Positions 1 through 13,025 of a DNA stretch of 64,000 nt are shown in pieces (within the stretch, counting starts at the first letter, position 1; each line of letters starts with the position of its first letter). Source of the stretch: Octopus sinensis. Its lineage: Eukaryota. Below the pieces are notes generated by a model. The model was not told the origin of the DNA. It did no database searches and saw nothing but the letters and a program-made list of their open reading frames with translations. The position numbers and the translations under genes were made by a program. The stretch lies in the NCBI RefSeq assembly GCF_006345805.1, contig NC_043003.1, positions 58,094,001 to 58,158,000 of the forward strand. Reading direction: 5' to 3'.

Positions 1-967
1 AATACACTCATACACACACATTTTATAACTATTGATGTATGTATATGTATATATGTATATATATTTATATAATTATTTTTATATATTATTTATATAATAT
101 GTGTGTGTGGATACATGTATATGTATATATGCAATATATATATATATATATATATATTTGTATAGATGTATATGTACATATATATTATATATTTTTTTTA
201 TTATATATATGTCTGTGTATGTATATGTAATATATATATGTGTATACCTGTATATGTTTATATATGGGTATACATGTATATGTGTATATATACATATATA
301 CAATATATATGTGTATATGTATATATATATCTATGTGTATATCTATGTATATTATCATTTTATATATGTGTGCTGTGTGTGTATAGATACATATATATAT
401 TATGTATGAATGTATATATATGTAGGTACATATATATATGTATATATATGTATGTATACATATATATATATATAATATATATATGTATGTATACATATAT
501 AATTATATATATATATACATATATGTATAATATTATATATTATATTATATACATATATATATGTATATATATTGGTGAATTTTATCACAGCTGCAATTGC
601 TTTTACACTTCTAAGTGTGTGTGTGAGAGAGAGAGAGAGAAAGGTGAAGGTAATTTAATCTTTTATCTTCATTCATATGCAGTGTTCATTTAGTATTGTC
701 TATTTTGTACACATTTCCGATTCTTAAAATCTTCAGAACCATTCTTTGATTGTTTCTACCCCCTGGAATGTTTTATTAGAAAATCTAGATGCACTGATGC
801 CTCCTACTGGTATATTAACACAAGCATGCACACTCATATACACATATGCATATATACACCCCCATACACAATTTCATGCCTATATATAAACATGGAAATT
901 CCACGGAAAATATACATATACACATACACGCTTCTGCATTTGCACACAACCTTATGTATCTGATTTG

Positions 968-998
<31 letters not shown>

Positions 999-1123
999 CT
1001 CTTCCTCCTCCTCCTCCTCCTCTTTATCTGTGTGCTTATATATATGTGTGTGTGTGTGTGTGTGTGCTGGTGGGTAAGTATATATTAATGCATACATGTA
1101 TGTTGTGAGTATATGTGTATATA

Positions 1124-1182
<59 letters not shown>

Positions 1183-1318
1183 CAAAATAGAGAATGGAGA
1201 AACATACTTAAATCAATAAAACATCAACTATCCGATGATACCCAATCAATCTGGCAGTATATTGGATATATATTATCCCATGGTGGGTTGAATTTTCAAC
1301 CCCTATCTCATTTTATAA

Positions 1319-1375
<57 letters not shown>

Positions 1376-1791
1376 CGCACACATAAATATACACAGATAT
1401 ATTTGTATATGTATATATATACACATGTATATGTGTAGTATATTTGCATATATGTGTGTATATATGCATATACTGCATATACATGCAAAATATATCTTTA
1501 TATGCATCTAGATATAAATATACACATACATAAACAAATCTCTTTGCATATGTTTGAAAATACGTGGGTGTGTGTGTGTGTGTGTGCGTTTGTGTGTGTG
1601 TGCATTCGTGTGTGTGTGTGCGCGTTCGTGTGTGTGTGTGTGTGTGCGTTCGTGTGAGTGCGCGTTCGTGTGTGTGTGTGTGCTCTCGAGTCTCTGCTTC
1701 TCATTGCTTACACATACACTCATACAATCATATATGATACTCATATATTAAACACACAGCCTGCTAATTTATACACTTCTGTAATAAGCAC

Positions 1792-1842
<51 letters not shown>

Positions 1843-2149
1843 AAAAGTGACTTTAACTCGTGGCCTTAAAGTAATTTGAATAAACCTTCCACCCCCACCC
1901 CCGACACTTGCTATTCTTGTGACCCGTCTTTATTATTTAACGTAGTTTGAATTTACTCATTCCTTAACTCTGGAGTACTATGGAAATTGGAATTGGTGAT
2001 GTTAAGTTTCCATACTTCACATTCTGTCTTCTTCTCTGTCTGTCTGTCTGTCTGTCTGTCTACCCCTGTCTTACTTTCAATTATGATATGTGCATACTTG
2101 AAGCCTACAGCAAACTGAAGATATATATATATATATGTATGTATGTATG

Positions 2150-2201
<52 letters not shown>

Positions 2202-2264
2202 GTGAATGATTGTGTATGCATGTGTATGCATGCATGAATCTACATATGTATGTGTGTGCATATC

Positions 2265-2313
<49 letters not shown>

Positions 2314-2564
2314 ATATGTACATGTATGTATTACATGCATATGTATGTATATATATGTACATATATCACGTCTCTATATGTAAGTGTGTGTGAATGAATG
2401 CATGTATATGTGTGAGTGTGTGAATGTATATATGTGTGTATATATATATGTGAATATATATATGTATGTATATGTGTGTGTGTATGTATATATAACTCTT
2501 TAACTAGTTTTAGCTCAAGAGCTGCAACCATGTTGAGGCACTGCCATATATATACATATGTGCG

Positions 2565-2609
<45 letters not shown>

Positions 2610-2858
2610 TATGTGTGTATACATGTTTGGGGTAGCATACATATCTATGCAGGTTTATCTACATTTTCATATATTCACTCTCACAAACACACACATTTAT
2701 ACACTTGAATAAATAAATATAAATGCAAATATACACATGCACACTTACACAACACATGCAGGTTTAATTTCTCAGTCAGACTAAATATACATATATAAGT
2801 CCTCTCACCCACCAGACACACACACACACTCATACACCCCCCCACATACACACTCATA

Positions 2859-2912
<54 letters not shown>

Positions 2913-3023
2913 ATATATTATATAATATATATATGTATATATATATGTATATATATATGTTATTATATGTATATATGTAGATATATGTATATATATGTAT
3001 ATATGTATATATATGTATATATG

Positions 3024-3060
<37 letters not shown>

Positions 3061-3394
3061 GTATATGTATATATACATATACATACATATATATATATAT
3101 ATATTATATATATATATATATATACACATACCATACACGTATATATACATATATGCACGTGTATGCATCTTAGAACTGGAAGCAAAACTGTTATGTTTGT
3201 GTGTTTTGAATGAACATGTCTATATGTGGGTGTGTATTGTTGTATGTATATGTCTACATATGTATGTGTCCCTATGTGTGTGTATTTATATGACTATGTA
3301 TGTGTGTGTGTATATTGTATTATGTATAATATATATATATATATACATATATAGATAGATAGATATGTATACATATATATATATATACACATAT

Positions 3395-3440
<46 letters not shown>

Positions 3441-3550
3441 ATATATACATCATACATACATACATACATACATACAAGTATATGCACACACACATACACC
3501 GGCACATATATCACGCACAACATATCCACACATGCAGATAGACACATACA
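1..3550. repeat. Compound microsatellite field, (TA)n/(TG)n/(CA)n/(GA)n/(TATG)n
   Basis: Near-continuous interrupted dinucleotide and tetranucleotide tracts; the overlapping ORFs are YI/HT/CV runs. Confidence 0.95.
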
Positions 3551-4759
3551 CCTACGTATACGTACTCAGCCCGTCAATAACTCCAGTGTGGCTTTCAGAC
3601 ATACACAATTAGATGATCCAATGAATGGTGCCGCCAGCAACACTTCCACTTATATTAGATAACACCATAATTCTCTGCCTCTACCTCATCTGCTCCACTC
3701 GCTCATTCTACACCTTCTTCTATTTTCTGGCTCTCTGCTGGAATTAATTTCCTCTCTCTGTATCCACATATTCATCCATATATATGCACATATATATACA
3801 TATATATAATATATATATATATATAATATTATATATATATATATATATATGTTTGTATGTGTATATATATATATGTGTTTGTGTGTGTATATATATATAC
3901 ACACACACATACACACATATATACATATACATGTATGTATGTATGCATATGTATATTCATACACTTGCACATACAGAAAGGCAGTTTTGCATATTTCTAT
4001 GCTAATTTTGTGAAAATAATTTAAATGGCTTGACCTTCAGTATTTTTTTGCATTAATTATTTAATTATTCTCATCTTTAATTTATAAAACACTCACACAC
4101 ACACACTCACACACACACATTTGCACATTGCCACAAACATTTCTTTACCTCTTCCTCCTCCTCTTCGTCATCTTCCCTCTGCAACCCCTCTTTACTTCAT
4201 TGCTTTGCTTCCATCTGTTCTTTGTCAAGTTGCTTTCTTTTTCTGTTTGCGTATAGATCCATCCAATATGCAAGCATGCATGTATGTGTGTGTATGAGGT
4301 ATATATATGATTACTTCTACAGTATTCTCTTAGTATTCCTTCAGGTGTGATTGGTTGAAACAAACAATACATAGGTTTTGTTGATCAATCAAATCCTTGT
4401 CTTGAAGCAATATCTGCATCATCATCATCTCCATCACCATCATCATCACCATTGTCTTGTATACATAGATTGAACAAGATTGCACAACAGCAACTGCACG
4501 TACCCAAACATCAGTTATTTTCACTCAATAAGAAAAATGCATTTCAGAAGTAATTTTTCTTTTTTTTTCCCTTAAAAAGTCCAGTTACATATGTTGGACC
4601 CACCATCAACAGCCACCTCTGATGCTCGCATTGTCCCTCCTCAGGGCCACAACAGTTATCAGTCTCTTGAAATTTTGTTAGTTATCAAACTTTTAATGTA
4701 TGAGCTAACCAGTTCCTCATTGGTCTTCTTTAACCTGTGTCTGTTCATTTAAGTTCTGT

Positions 4760-5460
4760 CTTGGGACAAATTTTGATTTCATCTATCTGAGGATCAATTT
4801 TGCCTTAGCAGGTTCATCTTCCAACAATCTTGGGATCAACTTTGTCCTAAGATCAGCTTTGTCCTCTATGTATCTTGGGGTCACCTTTGCCCTACATCCA
4901 TCCAAAGATCACATTTGTCTTCCATTTATCCAGGGATCAATTTTGTCCTGCATCCATCCTAAGATCAGATTTGTCTACCATATATCCAGGGATCAATTTT
5001 GTCCTACATCCATCCTAAGATCTGATTTGTCTACCATCCATCCAGGGATCAATTTTGTCCTACATCCACCTTAAGATCAGATTTGTCTACCATCTATCCA
5101 GGGATCAATTTTGTCCTACATTCATCCTAAGATCTGATTTGTCTGCCATCTATCCAGGGATCAATTTTGTCCTACATCCATCCTAAGATCTGATTTGTCT
5201 ACCATCTATCCAGGGATCAATTTTGTCCTACATCCACCCTAAGATCAGATTTGTCTTTCATCTGTCTAGGGATCAACTTTGTCCTACATCCATCCAAGGA
5301 TCAGTTTCATCTTCTATCTAGGGATCACCTTTGTTCTACACCAATTCTGAGATCAACTTTGTCATCATACAGCAAGGCATCAGCTTTGTCTTCCATCTAT
5401 GTAGAGATCAACTTTCTCTTCTCTTCATCTAAGTATCAATTTTATCCCTTCGTTGCTTGT
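4760..5460 (+). repeat. Minisatellite, 28-bp monomer organised as a 56-bp dimer
   Basis: GGGATCAATTTTGTCCTACATCCATCCT + AAGATCAGATTTGTCTACCATCTATCCA. The GGGATCAA start recurs at 4933, 4989, 5045, 5101, 5157, 5213, 5269 (period 56), with degenerate monomers on both flanks. Confidence 0.95.
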
Positions 5461-6317
5461 GAGATATAACTTTGCTTGACATGTCTGGGAGAAAATATTC
5501 AGAATAGATACCAGTGATAACCTTGAGTTCAAACCAGTTGCCTAAACCTTTTATGCATAGAGTTGTTTCTTCACAATAATCATACTTATCTAATTTGACA
5601 TAGCAAACCAGAAGTAATGTTTCTTACTTTGTCTGTCTGGCAATTACATGCAAGAATGCATGCACAGGGAAACTTTATCTTAGAATTTCTGTGTTATTTA
5701 TGCACGGCATTTTGTCAAAGATAAAAATCTTGATACAAAGAGGAGTTTTCCGTTTGTAAGCTTTTCAAATCCTCCCGATCTGTTTACAAGATAATTATGC
5801 ATAAGAAAGAAGACATGATTATCAAAGCTCACACATCTATGTCTTCCATTTTCCTTTCGTTGAACTAAGACACTTTGAACCGATGTTCTTCGTGCAGGAG
5901 ACAATGGGATATAAAATAAATAAATTATAAAGTAAACTCCATCATTCTTTCTCACTCCTGAGAAACAGTATTAAACGAAAAGGACAAATTGCGCACAAAA
6001 ATATGAGTTGCATCAATAATGCAGCTCTGTGACATAGACCTAAATGAAGTGGAACAGCATCTGCTCTGATTTCTTATCAAGTCCATATCGCCTGTAGCCT
6101 CTCTTGTTGTGATCACCTCATTATCTCCAGAACAAAGGAGCCTGTATGTGATTGCTTGACCTGCAAGAAACAGTTACCAAACCACACTCAATTCATGTTC
6201 TACTTATTAAAAATGGAAGTACATATTAGATAACAGGCCTTTGACATTCATCCCTACAATGATGAGTGTCACGTTTGGACTGTCTTAATTCACAAGTCAG
6301 TTCATTTAACATTGATC

Positions 6318-6505
6318 TACTTGACCTGCTAGACACAGCAGATAAATCTCCCTCAATCCACACCCTGCCAACTTAGAAATGGAAGGAGATATTCTGACAA
6401 TATAGTCCCTTAATATCTCTTCAAAGATGAGTTGGTCATGGCTGGAGTACCTTACTTCATGGGTCAATTCAAGCAAGATTGGTCTGGCATTAAACAACAG
6501 CAAAA
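6318..6505 (+). mobile_element. Dispersed repeat family D (SINE-like), degenerate copy
   Basis: CTTGACCTGCTAG..CAGC..AAATCTCCCTCAA..CACACC...GTCATGGCTGGA...TAAACAACAGC. Related segments at 6155-6180, 19445-19645 (-), 21460-21520, 51940-51985 (-), 59560-59730 (-). Confidence 0.6.
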
Positions 6506-6979
6506 AGTTCACAGAATAGACTGGACATCAAGGAGACTACATCACATCTCGATTGCAACTCTGCACTCCATAGACATCATTTCCACAAGTCAGCAGAATG
6601 GGATGATAGGACAGTTGTTTGGAAGTTGGCAAAGTGGCCTGACTGAGTGGACATTGAACTTGTTTTGATGACGGTACTTTTTGGCACTGGAGATAAACAC
6701 ACATACACACACAATCACTACTAATTTTGCCATCCAATCATAACAGGTGCAGTGCAGACAAAAATCTGGTACCATTTCACTCAATTACATTCTATTAATG
6801 TCAACATCTGTCTCTAAAGAACCTTTGAGGTTACATCATCACACTCGCTCTCTTCTTCTCTCTCTCTCTCCTTCTCTTACAAACATTTACATATGCGAAC
6901 ATACCCCTACTCAGGTCAGCCCTAATGAAAAAGACCTATGAAACAAAGGTATCTAAGCCCTATTTTGGGTTTTATTTTG

Positions 6980-7011
<32 letters not shown>

Positions 7012-7234
7012 GGTGGTGGTGGCGGTCGTCGTCATCGTAGATGTCATTGTTGTTGTATAACTATAGGTCTAGCTGCTATTTCTTGCATGCTGAGCAACTG
7101 CAGTGACGCTTACTTATTGGCTCGTTATGTGTGCAGGAATGTCTGCCTGTGCGTGTTCGAGGGGAGGGGGTGAAAGACACAGGGAGGACTGGAACATGTT
7201 TCTGTATGTCTATATGCACACAAACACACACACA

Positions 7235-7272
<38 letters not shown>

Positions 7273-8221
7273 ACACATACATTCATACATACATACATGC
7301 ATACATACATACATACATATATGTGTGAGTGCTAAAAAGTATTATGTGAATGCAGTGTATGCCTGTGGCTTTATATACACATACACACACACATACACTC
7401 GCACACACACACACACACACACATATATGCACGCATTTATACACAGATTTACACAAACGCATATGTGCGTGCGTGCGTGCGTTATATACACACATTCATC
7501 TAAACATACATATGTAAAAAAGACCAATAACATCTTTACGTATACACATACACACACAACTCTTTTAAAGGTCACCAAAATTCTTCCATGCTTCTACCTG
7601 CAATGTAATTTTCTATTACAGTATGGTGAAACCAGAACTTCACAGCAGACATGTGTCGGTTACTAGCTATTTTCTGATAGTCACAAATTTTCTGCTACAT
7701 TGAAAATAAAAAGCAAAAATTGCATTTTCATCATCATCACTACTGCTATTATTTTTCTGCCCCATGTTTCTGTTTCTGTTGTTATAGGGGGTGTTGCTAT
7801 TTTAGATACACTTTTCAGTTGAAAGAATTATAATGAAATGTAAATGAAATGATATATATATATATATATATATCATCATGTGTGTGTGTGTGTGTGCATA
7901 TCAAATAATAATAACGAGCTTATTGTAATATGGCGCTCAGGTGCACAGCAACTCTCTAGTCCAAAGGGTAAAAGAGGGGACAGAATGCACAAGTAAGTTA
8001 AATAAAGAAAGACTTCAATGAAAGCCAAAAGTGCATGCATGATGCACAGAATACAAGACTAAAAGGACAGAAAAGCGAACGGTAAAAGAGCCATTAAGAG
8101 GAAAGGGTGTGTGGGTGTGCAAGGGGAGTGTTGGCGAATTTTAGGGATCCTGGAATTTTTCAAGGAAGGATACATTTTCAAGGAAGTCCTGACAACTGTA
8201 TGTATGTATATTATACAATGT

Positions 8222-8344
8222 ACATCATCGTTGTCGTCATCATCATCATCGTTTAACATCCGTTTTCCATGCTGACATGGGTTGGACGATTTGACTGAGG
8301 TTTGGAAAACCAGTGGCTGCACCAGGCTCCAATCTGATCTGGGC
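8222..8344 (-). mobile_element. Family C element, RTE-type 3' tail
   Basis: Reverse complement of ...CCAACCCATGTCAGCATGGAAAACGGATGTTAAACGATGATGATG, the tail shared by about 10 copies in the window. Confidence 0.8.
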
Positions 8345-8423
8345 AAGTGTCCTCTATTATAGCCTCAGGCTGACCAAAGCTTTGTGAGTGGATTTGGTAA
8401 ACAGAAACTGAAAGAAGCATGTT

Positions 8424-8460
<37 letters not shown>

Positions 8461-8670
8461 CATGTTTGTGTACCTGTGTTTGTCCCCCCAACATCGCTTG
8501 ACAACCGATGATGGTGTGTTTATGTCTCTGTAACTTAGCAGTTCGGCAAAAGGGGCCGATAGAACAAGTACTAGGTTTACAAAGAATATGGCCTGGGGTC
8601 GATTTGTTTTACGAAAGTCGGTGCTCCAGCATGGTCACAGTCAAATGAATGAAACAAGTAAAAGAATAAA
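8340..8670 (+). mobile_element. SINE-A, 5'-truncated
   Basis: Body, internal (TA)n(TG)n tract and ..CTCCAGCATGGTCACAGTCAAATGAATGAAACAAGTAAAAGAATAAAA tail match the other A copies. Confidence 0.85.
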
Positions 8671-8673
8671 ACA

Positions 8674-8732
<59 letters not shown>

Positions 8733-8838
8733 AGCATAAAGATTCAAGTTAATTTTAAAAAATTACTTGAATATGGTACCTAACTTAGATGCACCAAAAA
8801 AAACTATACTGATTTAACAATACAGTAATGTGGGTGAT

Positions 8839-9000
8839 TATAAGCGAGAAAGAAGCAACAAGAATGGATAGGTTTTTAGTACGATCGTTTCATACAAGGA
8901 CAGGTTTTATTAAAAGTTGCAACTTTTAATAAAACCTGTCCTTGTATGAAACGATCGTACTAAAAACCTATCCATTCTTGTTGCTTCTTTCTCGCTTATA
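8839..9000. repeat. Perfect 162-bp palindrome (81-bp arms, no spacer)
   Basis: 8839-8919 is the exact reverse complement of 8920-9000, checked base by base; centre AAAAGTTG|CAACTTTT; both ends read TA. Confidence 0.98.
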
Positions 9001-9992
9001 TATATATATATTATATATATATATATATGTATGTATGTATGTATTTATATGCGCTGGCTTTCACATAGTTTCTATCAACAAAATTCACTCGCAAGTCGTT
9101 GGACAACCCGGTGGAGTTGCAGAAGGCACTTTCATTCACATCATGTCACGCAGTGGGACTGAACCTGAAACATATGCGGTTAGAAACTGAACTTCTGAAC
9201 CACACTGCTATGCCTTTTACATACATCTAATAAAAACTAAGCAGAGAAATAATCACTCATTGCTAAATAGATATTGAACAAATTTCTCATTTTTTTTTTG
9301 TTTTTGTCCTCCTACACACACACACACATCAAATCTGATTGGAATGATGAATTTTATTTCATTTTATTCTAATTTATTTTTATTATTTTATTACTTTTCT
9401 TTTCGTTTATGTGTGTCTGTGTGCATAAATTCCGGTAAATTTAACTGCTATTTTGAACTTAGAGTCACAGAAATGGCATTTTTCTTGTCTAGTTCCATCT
9501 TTAATGATAATTCTTCGAATCTTATTTCTTCTGAATAATTTGTTTAAAATATGGGGAAAAAAATTTTCTTTTTTTTTTTTAAAGTGGGTGTGGTTGGCAG
9601 CAGAGGGCTATTAAAATAATAAATAAAGAATATTACATTTAATTTGAAGATTAAATATGGCTTTAAGAAAAATAAAGTCAGTGTGAGAGAGATACGTACG
9701 TGTGTGTGTGTGGTGTGTGTGTATCACTGATGTCATCTTCATTATGATTGTTATCTTGAAAATGCTGGCATAATAGTTTTGTATTATTATGTCGGGGAGA
9801 TTGTTGGTTCACTATTGCCCCGCCCTTCCAGCCCCTGTCTTACAGCAGCACCCCATGGCTGACTTCTCTGCATTGGTGTGTCTTTGAGACAGAGGAGAAG
9901 AGAGAGAGAGAGAGAGAGAGGGTGAGATGGAAGCAGGTAATGGTTCGGTGATGGAAGGAAGGTGGGGGACAACTGCAAACAGGCAGTCTTAT

Positions 9993-10031
<39 letters not shown>

Positions 10032-10364
10032 CTCATTCTCTTTTTTGCTTTTGCTCAGAACAGGTTCTCAGCTTCATCAATTTTATCAATATGTCTCCTA
10101 CTCTTTCTGCATCTCTCAGAAATTCTTTCTCCTTTCCTCTCTCCGCCTGCATCACCCTCCACTCACCTGCAATTATTGTTTCTTCATTTCTTTGTCATCC
10201 CTATTATTGCTAAAAGACTCGCACTCCTCCCCCCTCTCTCTCTCTTTCATATTATGCATGTGTGTGTAATATATATATATATATATATACATATAGATAT
10301 ATATATATATATATATATCATACATATATGTCTCATAGTCTTGTTTTTTGTTCTATGTTTTCTT

Positions 10365-10419
<55 letters not shown>

Positions 10420-10874
10420 CACCCTTCCCCTACCTGCTCTTTTTCTCTTACATTCTTTATACTCGCTATGATTACTAAAATTCTCTCTCTCCTCTTTCTC
10501 ACACACACTCTCTCTCTATCTATCTATCTATCTATCTATCTATATATATATATATATATATATATAGAAAGGTGGTGCTCCAGCATGGCCACAGTCAAAT
10601 TATTGAAACAAGTAAAAGAATAAAAGAATATATATATATATATATATATATAGATAGATAGATAGATAGATATATAAAAGTATTTCGTTTTTGTATTTGG
10701 TTTGCAAGATTCTTTATGTGAATTTGTGTGTTGAAGCATATTTTATTGTTTTGGGGAGAGTCATTCTCTTTCATTTGTTGTTGGTTGGTTGCATTCTGCA
10801 AGTATGCACGTTACATATGTGTATCCATTGATCCAACTATGAGTACATGCAGACAAATGTATGTAATATATATA

Positions 10875-11290
10875 CATATTCTTTTACTTGTTTCAGTCAT
10901 TTGACTGCAGCCATGCTGGAGCACCACCTTTACTTAAAAGAATCGACCCCAGGACTTATTCTTTGTAAGCCTGGTACTTATTCTATCAGTGTCTTTTCTC
11001 AAACCGCTAATTGTCAAGGGACATAAACACACCAGCATCGGTTGTCGGGCGATGATGGGGGCGGGGGGGGGGCAGGGGCAAACACAGACACAAATAACAA
11101 ACACGCACAAAGATATATATATTACATATATAAGACAGGTTTCTTTCAGTTTCCGTCTACCAAATCCACTCACAAGGCTTTGGTAGGCCTAAGGCTATAG
11201 TAGAAGACACTTGCCCAAGGTGACATGCACTGGGACTGAACCTGGAACCATGTGGTTGGGAAGCAAGCTTCTTACCACACAGCCACTCGT
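10875..11290 (-). mobile_element. SINE-A, near full length
   Basis: tRNA-like head (A-box-like TGGCTGTGTGG, B-box-like GGTTCAGTCCC) at about 11230-11290 on the minus strand, internal microsatellite, conserved tail. Confidence 0.9.
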
Positions 11291-11629
11291 AGCAACAAAA
11301 ATTTTAGTGAAAAATAATAAGTAAATGAGTGGCAATCAGACCGGTGGGTGTGTTAAATTAATAAGGCACTAAAAGAGAATGACTCTCCCCTGATGCACTA
11401 ATATATAAAAGTACACTAGTGTGAATTACAAACTCCACTCTGTGTCCTTCTTTAATACACATGCTGCACATGGAACCACCCTGGGGGTTGAACATATAAT
11501 TTATACAGCTACCGATATAATTATGTATTGCATACATTTGCCTACATGTATTCATACTTGGATCAATGGATACACATATGTACTTCCATACTTGCAGAAT
11601 GCGAACAGTCAACTAGCAACTGAAGATTC

Positions 11630-11830
11630 TTTTTTACTCTGGGCACAAGGCCCGAAATTTTGGAGGGGAGGGGGGCCAGTCAATTAGATCGACCCCCAGT
11701 ATGCAACTGGTACTTAATTTAACGACCCTGAAACGATGGAAGGCAAAGTCGACCTTGGTGGAATTTGAACACAGAGCGTAATGACAGATGTAATACTGCT
11801 AAGCATTTCAGCCGGCATGCTAACATTTCT
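11630..11830 (-). mobile_element. SINE-B, tail subtype B1
   Basis: B-box-like GTGTTCAAATTCC, central GTCGACTTTGCCTT.CATC.TTTC.GGGTCG block, and ..AAATTTCGGGCCTTGTGCC tail. Confidence 0.9.
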
Positions 11831-12066
11831 TATTTTTTTATTGCCCACAAGGGGCTAAACATAGAGGGGACAAACAAAGAGAGACAAGGAGATTTAGTCG
11901 ATTACATCAACCCCAGTGCGTAACTGGTATTTAATTTATCGACCCCCAAAAGGATGAAAGGCAAAGTCGACCTTGGTGGAATTTGAACACAGAGTGTAAT
12001 GACAGATGTAATACTGCTAAGCATTTCAGCCGGCATGCTAACATTTCTGCCAGCTCGCTGCCTTAA
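11831..12066 (-). mobile_element. SINE-B, tail subtype B2
   Basis: Head AAGGCAGCGAGCTGGCAGAAATGTTAGC; tail ..TTTGTCCCCTCTATGTTTAGCCCCTTGTGGGCAATAA shared with 24688-24900 and 43545-43780. Confidence 0.9.
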
Positions 12067-12611
12067 ACAACTGAATATTACCAGTATCCAACCCTTCCCA
12101 GCAACCTATACATTGAAATACCTAGATTCTAATGAATCCTGCAACCGAATAGTATATATATGTATATATACATACACACACATATATATATATATACATA
12201 AGTATTGTATTTCTTAATGTTTTTTTGCCTCTTGTTTCTCAATGTTTTTCTTTGTCGTCGTCTTCATCTGTCTGTAGTCTCTTTCATCATCCATTGGACC
12301 TTTTGTTAAAATATGAATCCCCTGCCCTCTTCCCTCCTTTCATGGTATTCAACAGAAAAACAAGAATCGATTAAACAAAATTCCCCACCAAACAATATAT
12401 GCGTGTGTGTGTTGTGTGTATGTGTCTGTGATTCTGTCTGTTTGTCTATCTGTCTCTCTCTCTCTCTCTCTCTCTCCATCTATCTATCTCTCTGCCTGTC
12501 TACTTATCTATCCAGCCCTCTCTATTTCTCTGTCTATCTATCTATACATCTAACTATCTGTCTATCTATCTGTCTATCCATCTCTCACACACACTGTCGC
12601 TATCTATCTGT

Positions 12612-12665
<54 letters not shown>

Positions 12666-12778
12666 CTATATCTATCTCTATATATCTGTCTATATATATA
12701 TATATATATATATTTCTAAACTTACTGGTCTTACACCTCAGTCACCATTATCATCATCATCACTATCTATCACCCCTG

Positions 12779-13025
12779 CATAACACCACACGTCCATACC
12801 ACCACACGTCCATACCACCACACGTCCATACCACCACCGTCCATAACACCCGTCCCATACCACCACACGTCATACCACCACACGTCCAATACCACCACAC
12901 GTCCATACCACCACACGTCCATAACACCACACGTCCATACCACCACACGTCCATACCACCACACGTCCATACCACCACACGTCCATACCACCACACGTCC
13001 ATACCACCACACGTCCATACCACCA
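12779..13025 (+). repeat. 16-bp minisatellite (ACCACCACACGTCCAT)n, about 15 copies
   Basis: Direct tandem units with period 16; this explains the 16-aa periodic minus-strand ORFs (three units = 48 bp). Confidence 0.97.

Noticed and set aside
4760-5460. CRISPR-like regular repeats (also 12779-13025)
   Set aside because: Units are directly adjacent with no unique spacers, in a eukaryotic context; they are minisatellites.
5700-6130. Possible DNA-transposase relic on the minus strand (SHCLLHEE, CIIDATHI)
   Set aside because: The short motifs point to different superfamilies (hAT versus Harbinger-like), spacing is wrong and stops are frequent; it needs a profile search before any call.
6300-6560. 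Apparent RT motifs (RYSDNIV, SKIGLALNNSKK)
   Set aside because: This segment aligns with dispersed repeat family D elsewhere in the window, so the peptide resemblance is probably coincidental.
8945-8965. GAAACGATCGTA in the palindrome arm, like the self-complementary stem III of minimal hammerheads
   Set aside because: No CUGANGA core or stem I at the required position.
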